From: an uncultured Candidatus Sumerlaeota bacterium | GTDB taxonomy: Bacteria > Sumerlaeota > Sumerlaeia > UBA8349 | Length of the DNA stretch: 64,000 nt | Assembly (NCBI GenBank): GCA_942493245.1 | Contig: OW818685.1 | Location: 3,984,493-4,048,492 of the forward strand | Direction of reading: 5' to 3' | Part shown: positions 52,236 through 62,812 of the stretch, piece after piece | How the letters are laid out: every line of letters begins with the position of its first letter | Numbering within the stretch: position 1 is the first letter of the stretch | Translations under genes and position numbers: made by a program | The notes under the pieces: model-generated | Seen by the model: only the letters and a program-made list of their open reading frames with translations | Told to the model about the DNA's origin: nothing | Database searches by the model: none

Positions 52236-53273
52236 TTTTTGACTCCCCTCTGCGCTGCCTCCATTCGAATCGGTGTTTGACGCTTTGTTTACTACCCGCT
52301 TGCTTGGCTTTCGCTTTGCGTCGCGGCGTTGCACATCAGCAACGAGATGCGGATCATACCAGCAGACGGTCAGAAGTCAAGGGGAAAAATGCAGAAAATT
52401 TTCATCCCCCGATTCTAACCCCGAATTCCCCCCGATTTCCAGGGCCAGGGCGCATTTTATCGCGTTGATTTTAAACATGTTACAAAAAGCGCCCGAAATT
52501 CCCCGTCTCGCGAGAATTTCTTTCGTTTCTTCGCAAAACTCGGGAATTGAAACCCGAATCTCCCTCTTTTCCCCCTCATTTTTTTCTGAAAAAAATGCAT
52601 CCGTCCCGATCCTCCCCCCGCTCTTCCCCACCCTCCCGCCTCCATTTTCCCCTTTTCCTCCGTTGGAGATCCCCCGATCAAGGCTTTGGATGACCTTTTC
52701 CCCTTTTCGGACGGAGTGTTTTTCCCTTATATGCCACCACTACGGAGGACGGAAGTGGGCTTTTTCCGTCCCAGATGGGGTAAATGGCCGTTGAAAGTCC
52801 CCTGCCGAACCGTTCTGTGCTCTTCAGGGAGACAGCGAATCCCCTCCCAAACGATCCCCGGTCGTCTGTCCGGGTTACGCTCCACCTGGATTTGTCGCTT
52901 TATGTTGGGTATATCCCTCCCTCCAGGAACTCCTCGTTGTCCAGGCGAGCGATGATGCCTCCGGTTATATGGGGTTATTCGGGGTTTTCCTCCCTCCGTC
53001 ATCCCCTCAAAAATGGAAATCTCCCTCTTAAGGGGGATAGAGCGCGGCGGTAAAGCGTTCTGCCCCCCGCCCGAGTACCCTCTCCCGTCGGCCTCCCACC
53101 CGGTTCGCCGGAACGCCCGCATCCCCGGGGAATGCTTTTTTCGCCTCCAACCCGTTCCTGATCCCAGTTCCCGATTGACATGAGCGACACCTCTGCGGCA
53201 GGATAGAATGCGATTCGGATCGTTTTTTCAGTACCGGTATTCATCTGGTTCATGGCTAAGGAGATTCCACTAT

Positions 53274-53546
53274 ATGTCGCGCGAAACGCCCCCTCTCCAT
53301 CCCCTCCAGCGCCTGGCGCTTATCCCTCTGCTGGGCGGGTTAACCTTGGTCACACTGGGGCTTCTGATGATCTACTTCCCCGACGAATTCGTCTGGCTGC
53401 TCATCAGCCTGCTCGGTTTTTTCACCTTTGTCGCCGGCGCGTTTCTGGTCTTCATCGGCATCGGCCTGTTCGGCAAACTGCCCTCCCTCCCCGCGTCGTT
53501 CCGCCTGGGCCGGTGGGAAATACGCAACTGGACCCGCAAAGACTGA
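53274..53546 (+). CDS. small membrane protein (90 aa, two TM helices)
   Basis: AAGGAG lies 11 nt before the ATG. Two hydrophobic helices are present (LALIPLLGGLTLVTLGLLMIYF; LLISLLGFFTFVAGAFLVFIGIGLFG). Confidence 0.5.
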   Translation: MSRETPPLHPLQRLALIPLLGGLTLVTLGLLMIYFPDEFVWLLISLLGFFTFVAGAFLVFIGIGLFGKLPSLPASFRLGRWEIRNWTRKD

Positions 53547-53594
53547 GCCGTTCCACCCGATCCCCCATTCCGGAAAAGAAGGAAACCCCGATCC

Positions 53595-54566
53595 ATGCGC
53601 ATCCTGATCACTGGAGGAGCCGGTTTCATCGGTTCGCACCTGGCCGAACACGCGCTTCAGGCCGGCCACCACGTCACCGTCATTGACAACCTCTCGACCG
53701 GTTCCTTTTCCAACATCAAACCCCTGAAGACCCACCCGCGCTTCGAGTACTCGATCGAGTCCATCTTCAACGTGCCCCACCTGGCCGAACTGGTGGACGA
53801 GGCCGACTGCATCTTCCACTTGGCGGCGGCCGTGGGCGTTCAGCGCATCGTGGACGACCCCGTGGGCACCATCACCACCAACATCCGCGGGACCGAGATC
53901 GTCCTCGACCTGGCCAACAAGAAAAAGAAAACCGTCCTGATCGCCTCGACCTCCGAGGTGTACGGCAAAAGCGCGGCGGTCCCGTTCCGCGAGGACGGCG
54001 ACCTGGTGCTGGGCGCCACGACCCGCCCGCGCTGGAGCTACGCCTGCTCGAAAGCCATTGACGAGTTCCTCGCGCTCGCCTACGCCCAGGCCCAGAAGCT
54101 CCCCATCATCGTCGTGCGCCTCTTCAACACCGTCGGACCCCGCCAGACGGGCCGCTACGGCATGGTCATCCCCCGTTTCGCCACTCAGGCCCTCGCGGGC
54201 CAGCCCCTCACGGTGTACGGCTCGGGCGACCAGACCCGCTGCTTCACCCACGTGGCCGACGTGGTGGGCGCGCTGGCGCGCCTGATGGAAACCCCCGCCG
54301 CCCAGGGGCAGGTTTTCAACATCGGCTGTACCGAGGAGGTCTCCATCAACCAACTGGCCGAGCGCATCCGCGCGCGCGCCGGCAGCGCCTCCCCCATCGA
54401 GCGCATCCCGTTCTCCCAGGCCTACGACGAGAACTTCGAAGATATGGATCGGCGCATCCCCTGCCTCGACAAGATAACCGCCCTGATCGGCTACCAGCCC
54501 ACCCGCAACCTCGACCGGATCATAGACGACGTGCTCGAACACATGCGGAAGGAATTGTCTGAGTAA
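53595..54566 (+). CDS. NAD-dependent epimerase/dehydratase family protein (UDP-sugar epimerase/decarboxylase-like SDR)
   Basis: It shows the MRILITGGAGFIGSHL Rossmann motif and a YxxxK catalytic pair (YACSKAIDE). Length is 323 aa. Confidence 0.9.
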   Translation: MRILITGGAGFIGSHLAEHALQAGHHVTVIDNLSTGSFSNIKPLKTHPRFEYSIESIFNVPHLAELVDEADCIFHLAAAVGVQRIVDDPVGTITTNIRGTEIVLDLANKKKKTVLIASTSEVYGKSAAVPFREDGDLVLGATTRPRWSYACSKAIDEFLALAYAQAQKLPIIVVRLFNTVGPRQTGRYGMVIPRFATQALAGQPLTVYGSGDQTRCFTHVADVVGALARLMETPAAQGQVFNIGCTEEVSINQLAERIRARAGSASPIERIPFSQAYDENFEDMDRRIPCLDKITALIGYQPTRNLDRIIDDVLEHMRKELSE

Positions 54567-54882
54567 ACTTCTGGATAACCCGCAACGATCCACTCAGGCG
54601 GGTAATTTCTCTTGCACGGGTTGATGATTTTTCTCAGCCTGAAAGTCTGAATTCAATCTATCCATCCATGTTCCTGTTTGAAGTGGAACATGGATGGATA
54701 TTTATTTCCACCACTCCAGAGATCAACGTCGTTTTGCAGAACGAATTCGATTGCAAGTTAAAACTCAAACCGTATAATTTCAATTGTCAGTTGAGATTTT
54801 GTCTGAGATCCACAGGTTTCCATATTCAGTTTCGTTTCGTTCAGAGAGCGGCGATCTACAGAACGCGAAAGGTTTCTACGAT

Positions 54883-57489
54883 ATGGGTAAGATCTCTGTG
54901 ATTCGCAAGGCGGTGGGATGGCTTCTCTTTCTGGGATTGATGGGCGTGTTGTTGTATACGTTGCAAATCAACGGCAATCGTCTATTCCATCTCCCTCCGC
55001 GTTCTGCGGCGGGAATACCCGCTATCGCCTCGGATGCTCCCGCCCCGCCTCCCACTCTGGCACAACGCGCTCAGGCGCTCGTTTTCGACACGATGCAGCC
55101 GGAAATAGATTCCCTGCCCATGCTGGTTGTTTGGATGGACAACAACGAACCCGTTGCCAAAGCCGGAGTAGCCTTGACTCCGATGCGTGACGCGATGGGA
55201 ACCTCAGTGTCCCAATCGCTTTCGGCCCAAACAAACACCTCCGGGCGAGTCCGCGTGAAGACAGCGGAACTAACCCACCTGGCGAATGGGAATGCAATGC
55301 CCTGGATGAAAGTCCAGATCGAAGCCGAGGGGGGACAACCGGAGACTTTTCTGTTTGAGCGAAGTTATTTCGCATTCGCTTTCGATGTGACCCGTAAGGA
55401 CCACGACCCGCTCATTTTACGTCTGCGGCGCGTCTATGGACTCTACGGAACTGTTTACAGCCCTCCGGACGCGGCGGGACAGAACGTGCCGGTAGCTGGA
55501 GCCGAGGTCTCACTGACATTGATGGAGGGTCAGGGGGGAAACAAGACCACTACCACCCTGACCAACGCGGAGGGCCGGTACGAGTTCCGGCGCGTCGTGG
55601 GCGAGGCGTTTCAGTTGGCGGCCCGCGCCGGAAACCGGGCGGCGCGCGGACGCAACATCGGGCTGGAAAAGGAGAAACTCAACGGTCCCCTGAATCTCTA
55701 CTTGGAGGACGGTTTTCCCCTGACCGTTCTGGTCAATGACTATGCGACCCAGGAGCCGTTGACCAAAGCGGTGGTCGAGGCCGAGAGCAATGGACTCCTT
55801 ACGCGCGCAGAAACGGACGCCCAAGGTTTTGCGGAGTTTCATTCACTCCCGCTGGGGCGAACCGCTCTGCTGGCACGGGCCGAGGGCTATCAGGCCGAGC
55901 GGTTTTACGTGGATGTCAACGGTACCCAAAGCGACCTCTCCCTGTTTTCTCTGAAAAAAGGGGGACGGGTGAAAATCCGCACCATGGACCAGGAGAAATC
56001 CCCGGTACCCAATGTTGATCTGCAATTGATCTGGATGCCCATGAACAGTACCCTTTCCGTTCACACGGATGCGAAAGGGGAGGTGGAGGTGGACGGTTTG
56101 CCCCTGCGTACCGGGATTTCCGTTCAGGCGGTCGGGGAATACAGTCTGCCGAAGGCCTGCAATTTCGCTCTGAACGACGGACCGGACGAGAAAGAGGTAT
56201 GCGTCACGGTCTGGAAGCGGTATGCCGGTGAGACGTCGAACCTTTACAGTACACGGCAGGGCTGGATCAGTGGAACGGTGGTCAATGAGGCCAACGAACC
56301 GGTGGCTGGCGCCATTGTCACGACACGAAACCTCAGCGCTTATTCATCCGCCCTCAAGACGGTCAGCGTGGTCACCGACGACTCCGGCCATTTTCGTTTC
56401 GAGAATTTGGAGATGCGATCGACCGGTTCGAAAGAACGTCCGCGCGACCCGTTGGTGGCCGATCTGGTCATCAGTGAAGGAATATTCGAGTCCGTCTATT
56501 ACTTTCCTGTTGCGGTGGAAACCCATGCGGATGGGTACCAGCCCATGATCAGCCTGATCCAGGCGGACACGGAAGACCGGATCGTTCTGAGCGGAAAAGT
56601 GGAGGTCACGGGACGCGTTCTGGACAAGGAGACCCGGGCGCCGATCACAAAGTTCGAAATTGCCTGCTATGAGCCGAACAACCGGGCGACGCGCAGGAGA
56701 ATCATTTCGGAAGCGGGCGAATTCACAATCGACGCCCTGGTCGAAGAGTTTTCCGTATCCGCCGAAGGATACCTCGAACAGACGCACCGTATGTCGCGCG
56801 ACAAAGAGGAAAACCTCACCCTCTTCCTGGAAAAAAGTTTCCCTTTGGAGGGAATTGTGGTGGATGCTTCCACGCGCGTACCGCTGGAAAACGTGTGTGT
56901 GGGAAATTCGCGTTCTTTTGGGGAAAAACCCTTTTCTGCGTTCCTATTCGAAGATAATAATACGAACGCGGATACCCTCGATTTCACGAACGCTCAAGGG
57001 GTATTTCGATTCGATGCTCCTTTTACCGAAGGCGGTTTGGTTTTTATCCGCGAAGATCTTGAGAAACTTTGGGTGAAAACAGCGGATATCGAGAAGTACC
57101 GTGACACAAAAACAGGGAAACTGGTCTTCCCCATGAATCCGCAGCCAGCCCCCGGTTCCTTTGTTGTGGATTGGTTTACCACCGAGAATTCACCCGCGCC
57201 TCCGAATTTCCAGTATTACATAAGTTTAACGCATAACTTCGGGGATCCCAATCGGGTACCATCTCTTCCGCTAAAGGAAGATCCGATCTTCTCTTACAAC
57301 AACGGACGCTTTCGTTATGATAACCTGAAACCAGGAGAGTATAATGTCCGGCTTCCCCATTCAAACGCTGAAGGCCAGATTGTGCCGGGTCTCGTTTGGA
57401 AAACATTCAAGGTTGAAAGCGGCAAGACAACGACCCTCGGCTGGGGTAGTAAAAGCGGCGAAACCATTTCCTACGGCGTCGCGCCCTGA
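54883..57489 (+). CDS. membrane-anchored protein with multiple carboxypeptidase-regulatory-like (CarboxypepD_reg/Cna-B-like) beta-sandwich repeats
   Basis: An N-terminal TM helix is present (AVGWLLFLGLMGVLLYTL). Repeated motifs of the type G(T/R/I)VV(D/N)…P(V/I)…A(I/V)… occur (e.g. GTVVNEANEPVAGAIVT, GRVLDKETRAPITKFEIA, GIVVDASTRVPLENVCV). An AT-rich upstream region precedes the gene. Confidence 0.7.
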   Translation: MGKISVIRKAVGWLLFLGLMGVLLYTLQINGNRLFHLPPRSAAGIPAIASDAPAPPPTLAQRAQALVFDTMQPEIDSLPMLVVWMDNNEPVAKAGVALTPMRDAMGTSVSQSLSAQTNTSGRVRVKTAELTHLANGNAMPWMKVQIEAEGGQPETFLFERSYFAFAFDVTRKDHDPLILRLRRVYGLYGTVYSPPDAAGQNVPVAGAEVSLTLMEGQGGNKTTTTLTNAEGRYEFRRVVGEAFQLAARAGNRAARGRNIGLEKEKLNGPLNLYLEDGFPLTVLVNDYATQEPLTKAVVEAESNGLLTRAETDAQGFAEFHSLPLGRTALLARAEGYQAERFYVDVNGTQSDLSLFSLKKGGRVKIRTMDQEKSPVPNVDLQLIWMPMNSTLSVHTDAKGEVEVDGLPLRTGISVQAVGEYSLPKACNFALNDGPDEKEVCVTVWKRYAGETSNLYSTRQGWISGTVVNEANEPVAGAIVTTRNLSAYSSALKTVSVVTDDSGHFRFENLEMRSTGSKERPRDPLVADLVISEGIFESVYYFPVAVETHADGYQPMISLIQADTEDRIVLSGKVEVTGRVLDKETRAPITKFEIACYEPNNRATRRRIISEAGEFTIDALVEEFSVSAEGYLEQTHRMSRDKEENLTLFLEKSFPLEGIVVDASTRVPLENVCVGNSRSFGEKPFSAFLFEDNNTNADTLDFTNAQGVFRFDAPFTEGGLVFIREDLEKLWVKTADIEKYRDTKTGKLVFPMNPQPAPGSFVVDWFTTENSPAPPNFQYYISLTHNFGDPNRVPSLPLKEDPIFSYNNGRFRYDNLKPGEYNVRLPHSNAEGQIVPGLVWKTFKVESGKTTTLGWGSKSGETISYGVAP

Positions 57490-57508
57490 TTTTTGTGGAA
57501 ACTGACAA

Positions 57509-58810
57509 TCAGTCCTCCACCGGGTTTCCCCCCACCCACACGCGCTCGACTTCCGGAAAAGCGTCCCCCCGCAACCAGGTGTCCAGGAACGCCTCCGTCT
57601 CCTTTTCCCCATAGGAACCGGGCGTTAGCGACGCCGTCAGGGCGGCTGCGGCCCCGTCGAGCCGTACGGCCATCAGGTCGGCCCACAGACCCGGACGAAG
57701 CGCGCCGCACTCGAGCCCCAACGCCTCGGCGCCTCCCGCCGTCGCGGCGCGCCAGGCGTCGGCCGCGCGCCAGAGGCGGGACTGTTCGAGCGCCCGCCGC
57801 ATCTCACTCCACAGGTCAGGACGATCATTCGACGCGGCGCTGTCCGTGCCCAGCGCCACCGGCAACCCTACACGGTGAGCGCGGTCGAGCGCCGGCTCGC
57901 GCACCCCGTGGAACCAGCGCGTACCGGGACACACCACCAGCGAAATCCCCGTCATCCCGGCCAGTTGCCGCATCTCGCCCACCTTCAGAAAATTTCCATG
58001 GACCACGAGGTCCCGCGCGTGGGGCGCGCGGCCCGCCGTCACAAAATCCAGCGGGGAGGACGCCAGCGGCGCCCGGTCGGGCGGAGCGGGATAAAACCCC
58101 GCGCGGCGCAGCCCCCGGGCCAGAAACCCGCTCTGGCGCTCCAGACAGGCGCGTTCGGAACGCGTCTCGGCCAGATGGATCGAAAATGGCAACGCGCGCG
58201 GTTCCGCCTGAAATCGCGCGCGCAAGGCGGCCATCAGCGGACGCGACACCGTATAAGGCGCGTGCGGCGCAAGACCCCAGGCGCCAAGCGGCCCCAAATC
58301 GCTCGCGTCGCTCCACACTTTGCCCTCCAGATCGTCCCATCCCCCCGTTTCCGGAGGGACTTCGAGGCCGATCACCTCCTGAAACACCCGGAACCGCATC
58401 CCGGACTCGCGCAACAACGCGGGCGAGAGACCAAACGTCGTGATGTCGCCGATCGCGGTGGTCCCCCGGCGCAGTTGCCCGTCCAGAGCGCGCCGGGCGG
58501 GGTCGGGGACGCTTTCAAGCGACATGGCCCGCTTGGCCGCGATCATCCGCCCGAGCCAGCGCGGAAACGGTTCCGGCTCGAACCGTCCGGCCAGGCAGGC
58601 GTACTCGATGTGCGCGTGGGCATTGACCAGACCGGGCGTCAGCGCCATCCCCGGCAGTTCCACAACGGGACAATCCGGTTTTTCCGGAAATTCGGAACGC
58701 AACCCGACCGCCGCCACACGCCCCGCGCACACCCGAACCGCCCCGCGCCGGTAAAGAACTCCCGGCTCAGCCAGCACCAGATCGGCGGTGATCAGAAAAT
58801 CCCCAGTCAC
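57509..58810 (-). CDS. amidohydrolase family protein (MtaD/SsnA-like metal-dependent nucleoside deaminase/chlorohydrolase fold)
   Basis: The HxH motif (LVNAHAHIEY), a downstream His (SIHLAET, VHGNF) and the metal-binding Asp (ALGTDSAASN) are present. A GTG start is used. The gene is very G+C-rich. Confidence 0.75.
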   Translation of the reverse strand: MTGDFLITADLVLAEPGVLYRRGAVRVCAGRVAAVGLRSEFPEKPDCPVVELPGMALTPGLVNAHAHIEYACLAGRFEPEPFPRWLGRMIAAKRAMSLESVPDPARRALDGQLRRGTTAIGDITTFGLSPALLRESGMRFRVFQEVIGLEVPPETGGWDDLEGKVWSDASDLGPLGAWGLAPHAPYTVSRPLMAALRARFQAEPRALPFSIHLAETRSERACLERQSGFLARGLRRAGFYPAPPDRAPLASSPLDFVTAGRAPHARDLVVHGNFLKVGEMRQLAGMTGISLVVCPGTRWFHGVREPALDRAHRVGLPVALGTDSAASNDRPDLWSEMRRALEQSRLWRAADAWRAATAGGAEALGLECGALRPGLWADLMAVRLDGAAAALTASLTPGSYGEKETEAFLDTWLRGDAFPEVERVWVGGNPVED

Positions 58811-58904
58811 TTTTGACCCGAACCTTTCTTTTATCCCGGAATCTCAGGAAATTAAAACATCCTGGCGCAACGGAGCCACAACCCACCTGTAAAGCCGAAC
58901 CAAC

Positions 58905-59010
58905 ATCTCTGTAGGGGCGGACCTGTGTGTCCGCCCAGTTCGAGAAATCGGATACCCTGACGATGCACAAAAACCAGAGAGAACGGGGATGTAAAGAATA
59001 ATCGCGCAGA
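58905..59010 (-). repeat. dispersed intergenic repeat family, copy D
   Basis: Its reverse complement is ctttgcgtctctgcgcgattattctttacatccccgttctctctgg…ctgggcggacacacaggtccgcccctacag. This matches 45985-46100 at most positions. Confidence 0.65.
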
Positions 59011-59079
59011 GACGCAAAGATCCCGGAAATTTACAGGGCCTGTTGGGTTTTTCCTGTTCTTGCCTGAGGTCCGTGTCTT

Positions 59080-59135
59080 ATCCACTTCCCATTCGTTCCT
59101 CTGCGTCCTTGCGTCTTTGCGGCTCTGCGTTTTGT
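59080..59135 (+). repeat. dispersed intergenic repeat family, partial copy E (cattcgttcctctgcgtccttgcgtctttgcggctctgcg…)
   Basis: It shares the ctgcgtc(t/c)…gcg core with copies at 45366, 45985 and 46150. Confidence 0.45.
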
Positions 59136-59487
59136 GGTTGATTGTCCTTGTGTTACAGACAAATCGTCTCGGACTGCGTAAATTTTACGAGATCGTCATC
59201 CATGCCCAAAACGGCCCCTCGCGCGGAGGTATTCTACCGCACCCATCTCCCCGGACACAAGCCCGCGAAACACCTTTCGGGCTGGCCTTCAACGAAACCG
59301 CCACGAAAGCAGGCGGGTCTTGACCTGTCGCCGGAAATCTGCTTTAGTGGCGTTTGTTGTGTATCGGTTTCCGATCGAGAAACCGGACCGGCAGAGGGGG
59401 ATCTCCGGATCGGCGCCGGGCGCAAGTCGGCGAAGCGCATCCCAAACGTTTTCACCCCCAAACGGAACACTAAGGAGACTCGACAGA

Positions 59488-60384
59488 ATGTCGAAGTACC
59501 TGGCAAAAGCAACTTTCGCCTTGTCATTGGGTCTGTCAATCGGTTTGGTTTTGACATTCACGCCCGCGCTGGCCATCGGCCAGGCGCCCACCGCCCCGAC
59601 TCCGGCCCAAGCGGCGCCTCCCACGCCCCCAGCCAAGGCCTCGGTGGAGAGCATTACGGATTTTTCGACCCCCACATTGAGCGCCGCATCAGAGACCACC
59701 ACAGAGGTGATCCGCAAGCAGCCCACCCCCGAAGTCCGGAGTTTACTGAAGGAATTGGAAACCAAACACGCCAACCTGAAAAGCGTAGAGGCAGAATTCA
59801 ACCAGACAAAGGCCTGGCAGGACTTTGACGAAATCAAATCCAAAGGAAAACTCTTCATCGAGCAGCCCACCCCCGAGCAGGCCGGGCGCCTGCGCTACGA
59901 ACTGGAAGGGGAAAAAGGCGAGCAGAAGATCAACCCCTCCACCACGCTGTTCGTCAACAATACGCTGTACGATTACACCCCGGCTTTGAATCAAGTGGAC
60001 AAATACACCTACTATGACGAAGATGAAGCGCGGGAACGGCTGCGGATGCTGTTGCTGGGGTTCGGCGTCTCGAGCCAGGAGATCCTCACCAGCTACAACG
60101 TCGAGAAGGCCGGGGACGCGCCGGAATCGGCCAAAACCGACAAAACGTTGGCCGGACTGTCTTTCACACCGTTGAAACCGGAGGTGCGTAAAACGCTCGT
60201 CAATGTTTCGGTCTGGCTTGACCGCGACACGCTGCTGCCGCACTGCGTCCGCATCGAAGAGGTTTCGGGCGACATGACCACCATCACCATCCGGTCGCTG
60301 AAACTCAATGAGCCGATCAAGGCGTCGCTCTTCGAGCCGAAATGGCCCAGCGGTGTCGAAGTGAACGAATACAACGAACAATAA
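59488..60384 (+). CDS. LolA-like outer-membrane lipoprotein carrier family protein (putative)
   Basis: A signal peptide is present (MSKYLAKATFALSLGLSIGLVLTFTPALA). A Pro/Ala/Thr linker leads to a region compatible with a LolA-like beta-barrel (…NQTKAWQDFDEIKSKGKLFIEQP…). TAAGGAG lies upstream of the ATG. Confidence 0.55.
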   Translation: MSKYLAKATFALSLGLSIGLVLTFTPALAIGQAPTAPTPAQAAPPTPPAKASVESITDFSTPTLSAASETTTEVIRKQPTPEVRSLLKELETKHANLKSVEAEFNQTKAWQDFDEIKSKGKLFIEQPTPEQAGRLRYELEGEKGEQKINPSTTLFVNNTLYDYTPALNQVDKYTYYDEDEARERLRMLLLGFGVSSQEILTSYNVEKAGDAPESAKTDKTLAGLSFTPLKPEVRKTLVNVSVWLDRDTLLPHCVRIEEVSGDMTTITIRSLKLNEPIKASLFEPKWPSGVEVNEYNEQ

Positions 60385-60436
60385 CCCCCGGTGGCCCGGT
60401 CCGCCGGCCCCTGAGCGCTTCGAGGAGGAAAGAATC

Positions 60437-61015
60437 GTGCAACCCACCCAGAACCAGAACTCCGAAAGAAAACCCGCCGGACGCGTCTTCCGGTATTCCA
60501 TCCTCGCGCTGGCGCTGCTGACTCTGGCGCTGGCGCTCGGCGGTTGCAAAACCATTCCCTTCCAGCGCAGTCTGCCCCAATGGGTCAAGCGGGTTTATAT
60601 CCCCATGGCCGAGAACCGCAGTTTCGAGCCGGGCCTCGAAGAACAGATCACCAGCGCCTTCACCCAGGAAGTGCTCTCGAACGGCGAACTGGACGTGACA
60701 CAGAAGAGCCGGTGCGACGCCGTCGTGAAGATCATCATCAAGGAGTACAAGGAACGGTCCGACGACTTCGCCTCAGACGACATCGAGTCGTATCGGGAAG
60801 TCGTGGCGGTTCTGGCCGTCGAACTCTACGACCCCAGCGACGAGAAAAACCCCTTCGGAATCGTCGAGGATTTTGAGGTGGACATGCGTTACAGATCGGA
60901 ATTCCGTTCCTCGCGCGCGACCACCTACAGCGACGCCCGCGACGAGTTTGCCGAACGCTGCGGCCTGCACCTGGTCCGAGCCGTTCTGGGCCGTGTGCGC
61001 ATGACGCGCGAGTAG
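60437..61015 (+). CDS. LptE-like lipoprotein (putative LPS-assembly lipoprotein)
   Basis: A lipobox is present (LALALGGCK). Its size and its position immediately upstream of holA mirror the enterobacterial lptE-holA synteny. Confidence 0.5.
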   Translation: MQPTQNQNSERKPAGRVFRYSILALALLTLALALGGCKTIPFQRSLPQWVKRVYIPMAENRSFEPGLEEQITSAFTQEVLSNGELDVTQKSRCDAVVKIIIKEYKERSDDFASDDIESYREVVAVLAVELYDPSDEKNPFGIVEDFEVDMRYRSEFRSSRATTYSDARDEFAERCGLHLVRAVLGRVRMTRE

Positions 61016-61110
61016 TCGCCTCCTGTGCGGATTCTCGTTTTTTCGACCGACTGACGCACCCATCCGGAAGAGCGTCACCTATCCCCTGCTTTCCTGGAGA
61101 AATTGAAAAC

Positions 61111-61668
61111 GTGGGCGGGCGCGTTGAGCATCAATCCCCAGTCAAACTCTTCTTCGCCCTCATGGCGGGATCGGAAGCGCTTCTGAAAAGCGCTGAAGCG
61201 CGGCTCGAAGCCGAATTCGGCCCGATTGACCTGCGCGACGAGACCTTTGCCTTCGACCCATTGACCCCCTACTACGCCTCGGAATTCGGGCAAGGTCTGC
61301 TCAAGCGGATCTTGTCGGTCGAGCCGCTGGTGGCGCCCGAACGACTCGTGGACATCAAGATCCGCGCCAACGAACTCGAACTGGAGTTTGCCGGAGCGCC
61401 GGCGCAGGACGGATCTCCGCGCCGTCAGGTCAACATGGACCCCGGCTATCTGAGCCTGGCCAAGGTTGTGCTGGCCACCACCAAAGACCGCAACCACCGG
61501 CTCTATGTCGCCCGGGGAATCTTCGAGGAAGTGACTCTCTGTTACCAGCGCGTCCCGGCCACCTATACGGTCAATCCCTGGACCTATCCCGACTACCGCA
61601 TGCCGGAACGGCTCGCCTTTTTCAACCGCCTGCGCCAGTGTTACCGCGAGCAATTGCCCAAACCCTGA
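61111..61668 (+). CDS. DUF4416 family protein
   Basis: 185 aa with a GTG start. The N-terminus (…PVKLFFALMAGSEA…) is typical of DUF4416. Confidence 0.55.
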   Translation: MGGRVEHQSPVKLFFALMAGSEALLKSAEARLEAEFGPIDLRDETFAFDPLTPYYASEFGQGLLKRILSVEPLVAPERLVDIKIRANELELEFAGAPAQDGSPRRQVNMDPGYLSLAKVVLATTKDRNHRLYVARGIFEEVTLCYQRVPATYTVNPWTYPDYRMPERLAFFNRLRQCYREQLPKP

Positions 61669-61690
61669 AATCCGGAATGAAGAGAAAGCC

Positions 61691-62623
61691 ATGCCCCCGC
61701 AGGTTTACCACATCCACGGTTCCGACGCCAAATGGGTCACTCAGCAACGTGAAACCCTGCTGAAGCAACTCATCCCGGCCGAGATGCGCGACGAGAACCT
61801 GCTGGAACTCTTCAGTACCAGCAACCAACCCCTGAAACTGAACGATGTGCTGCCGGAAGTCCTCTCGGAACTCTCGACCATCCCGTTCCTGCCCGACAGC
61901 CGCCGGGTCGTGGTCGTCCACAATCTGGCCGATTTTCTGGCGGGGGGTTCCTCGGGAGGGCGGAAAAAGAAAAGCGCCTCGGAGAAAAAAGCGACCCGGC
62001 GCATGACACCGGACGAAGAACTGGCCCACTTCATCGAACGCGACCTGACCGCCACCACCAACGTCCTGGTCTTCAGCACCCTGATCGAAGTCGAGCGCGG
62101 GCAGCGCATGGACACCGATAGCGCCCTCTACAAGATCATCGCTCCGCCCGTGGGTCAGGTCATCAAACCGACACACCGAGAGGACGACCCGATCTTCCTC
62201 ATGAGCGACGCCCTGTGTCGCCGCAACGCCATAGGGTGCCTGAAGCAATTCCGCATCATCTACCGCGAAGACGCGCGCGGGCGAATCTTCAACGAAATCC
62301 TGCGCAACGTCCGCTTCCTGTTGCAGGCCCGGATTCTCGAACGCGTCGAAGGCAAAGGCAGCGCCAAAGACGTCATCGAGATGAAGTACCTGCCCAACGA
62401 CAAACGCCTGAATCTCTACCAGCAGCACCCGTTCGTCCAGAAAAAAATACGGGAGAACGCCACGCGCTTCCAACTGCGCGAATTGATGGTGGCCCTCGAT
62501 CAACTGCTCAAGATCAACGCAGCCCTGGTGCCGTCGCAAAAGGACGTCTATGTGCCCGACGTGCAATTGATGCTCGAAACCTTCATCGTCAGCTTCTGCG
62601 AAGGCTCCGGCCCGCGGCGCTGA
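61691..62623 (+). CDS. holA: DNA polymerase III subunit delta
   Basis: 310 aa. The N-terminal region (VYHIHGSDAKWVTQQRETLLKQ…) and overall helical domain organisation are HolA-like. It is located downstream of the LptE-like gene. Confidence 0.7.
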   Translation: MPPQVYHIHGSDAKWVTQQRETLLKQLIPAEMRDENLLELFSTSNQPLKLNDVLPEVLSELSTIPFLPDSRRVVVVHNLADFLAGGSSGGRKKKSASEKKATRRMTPDEELAHFIERDLTATTNVLVFSTLIEVERGQRMDTDSALYKIIAPPVGQVIKPTHREDDPIFLMSDALCRRNAIGCLKQFRIIYREDARGRIFNEILRNVRFLLQARILERVEGKGSAKDVIEMKYLPNDKRLNLYQQHPFVQKKIRENATRFQLRELMVALDQLLKINAALVPSQKDVYVPDVQLMLETFIVSFCEGSGPRR

Positions 62624-62812
62624 GACCCGGGCCGTTTCTCTGCGACGCCCCAGGTTATTCCAATCGCATTGATCGTAGATATTTCCGTCTCACGCTTTTC
62701 TCTACCAAATTTCGACCGGTTGTGGCAATTTTGAAGTTCGGTTCGGGATGCCGGATCACTCGATCTTTTCGGTTTCCCCCAAAACTCGTCAAGCCTGGAA
62801 AGTTGTCGCAAT

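Noticed and set aside
52255-52275. tRNA-like T-loop (ccattcgaatcgg) in the 23S upstream region
   Set aside because: Flanking sequence cannot form acceptor/anticodon stems. No tRNA cloverleaf could be drawn anywhere in the window.
53175-53209. TTGACA … GATAGAAT as a sigma70 promoter for the small membrane protein/epimerase genes
   Set aside because: The spacer between the hexamers is ~23 nt, too long for a canonical sigma70 promoter. It is left unannotated.
57509-58810. Very high G+C of the amidohydrolase gene as evidence of horizontal transfer
   Set aside because: Skew is toward higher rather than lower G+C. The protein is an ordinary conserved enzyme and the flanks carry no mobility signatures. 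Third-position saturation in a highly expressed or ancestral gene is a simpler explanation.
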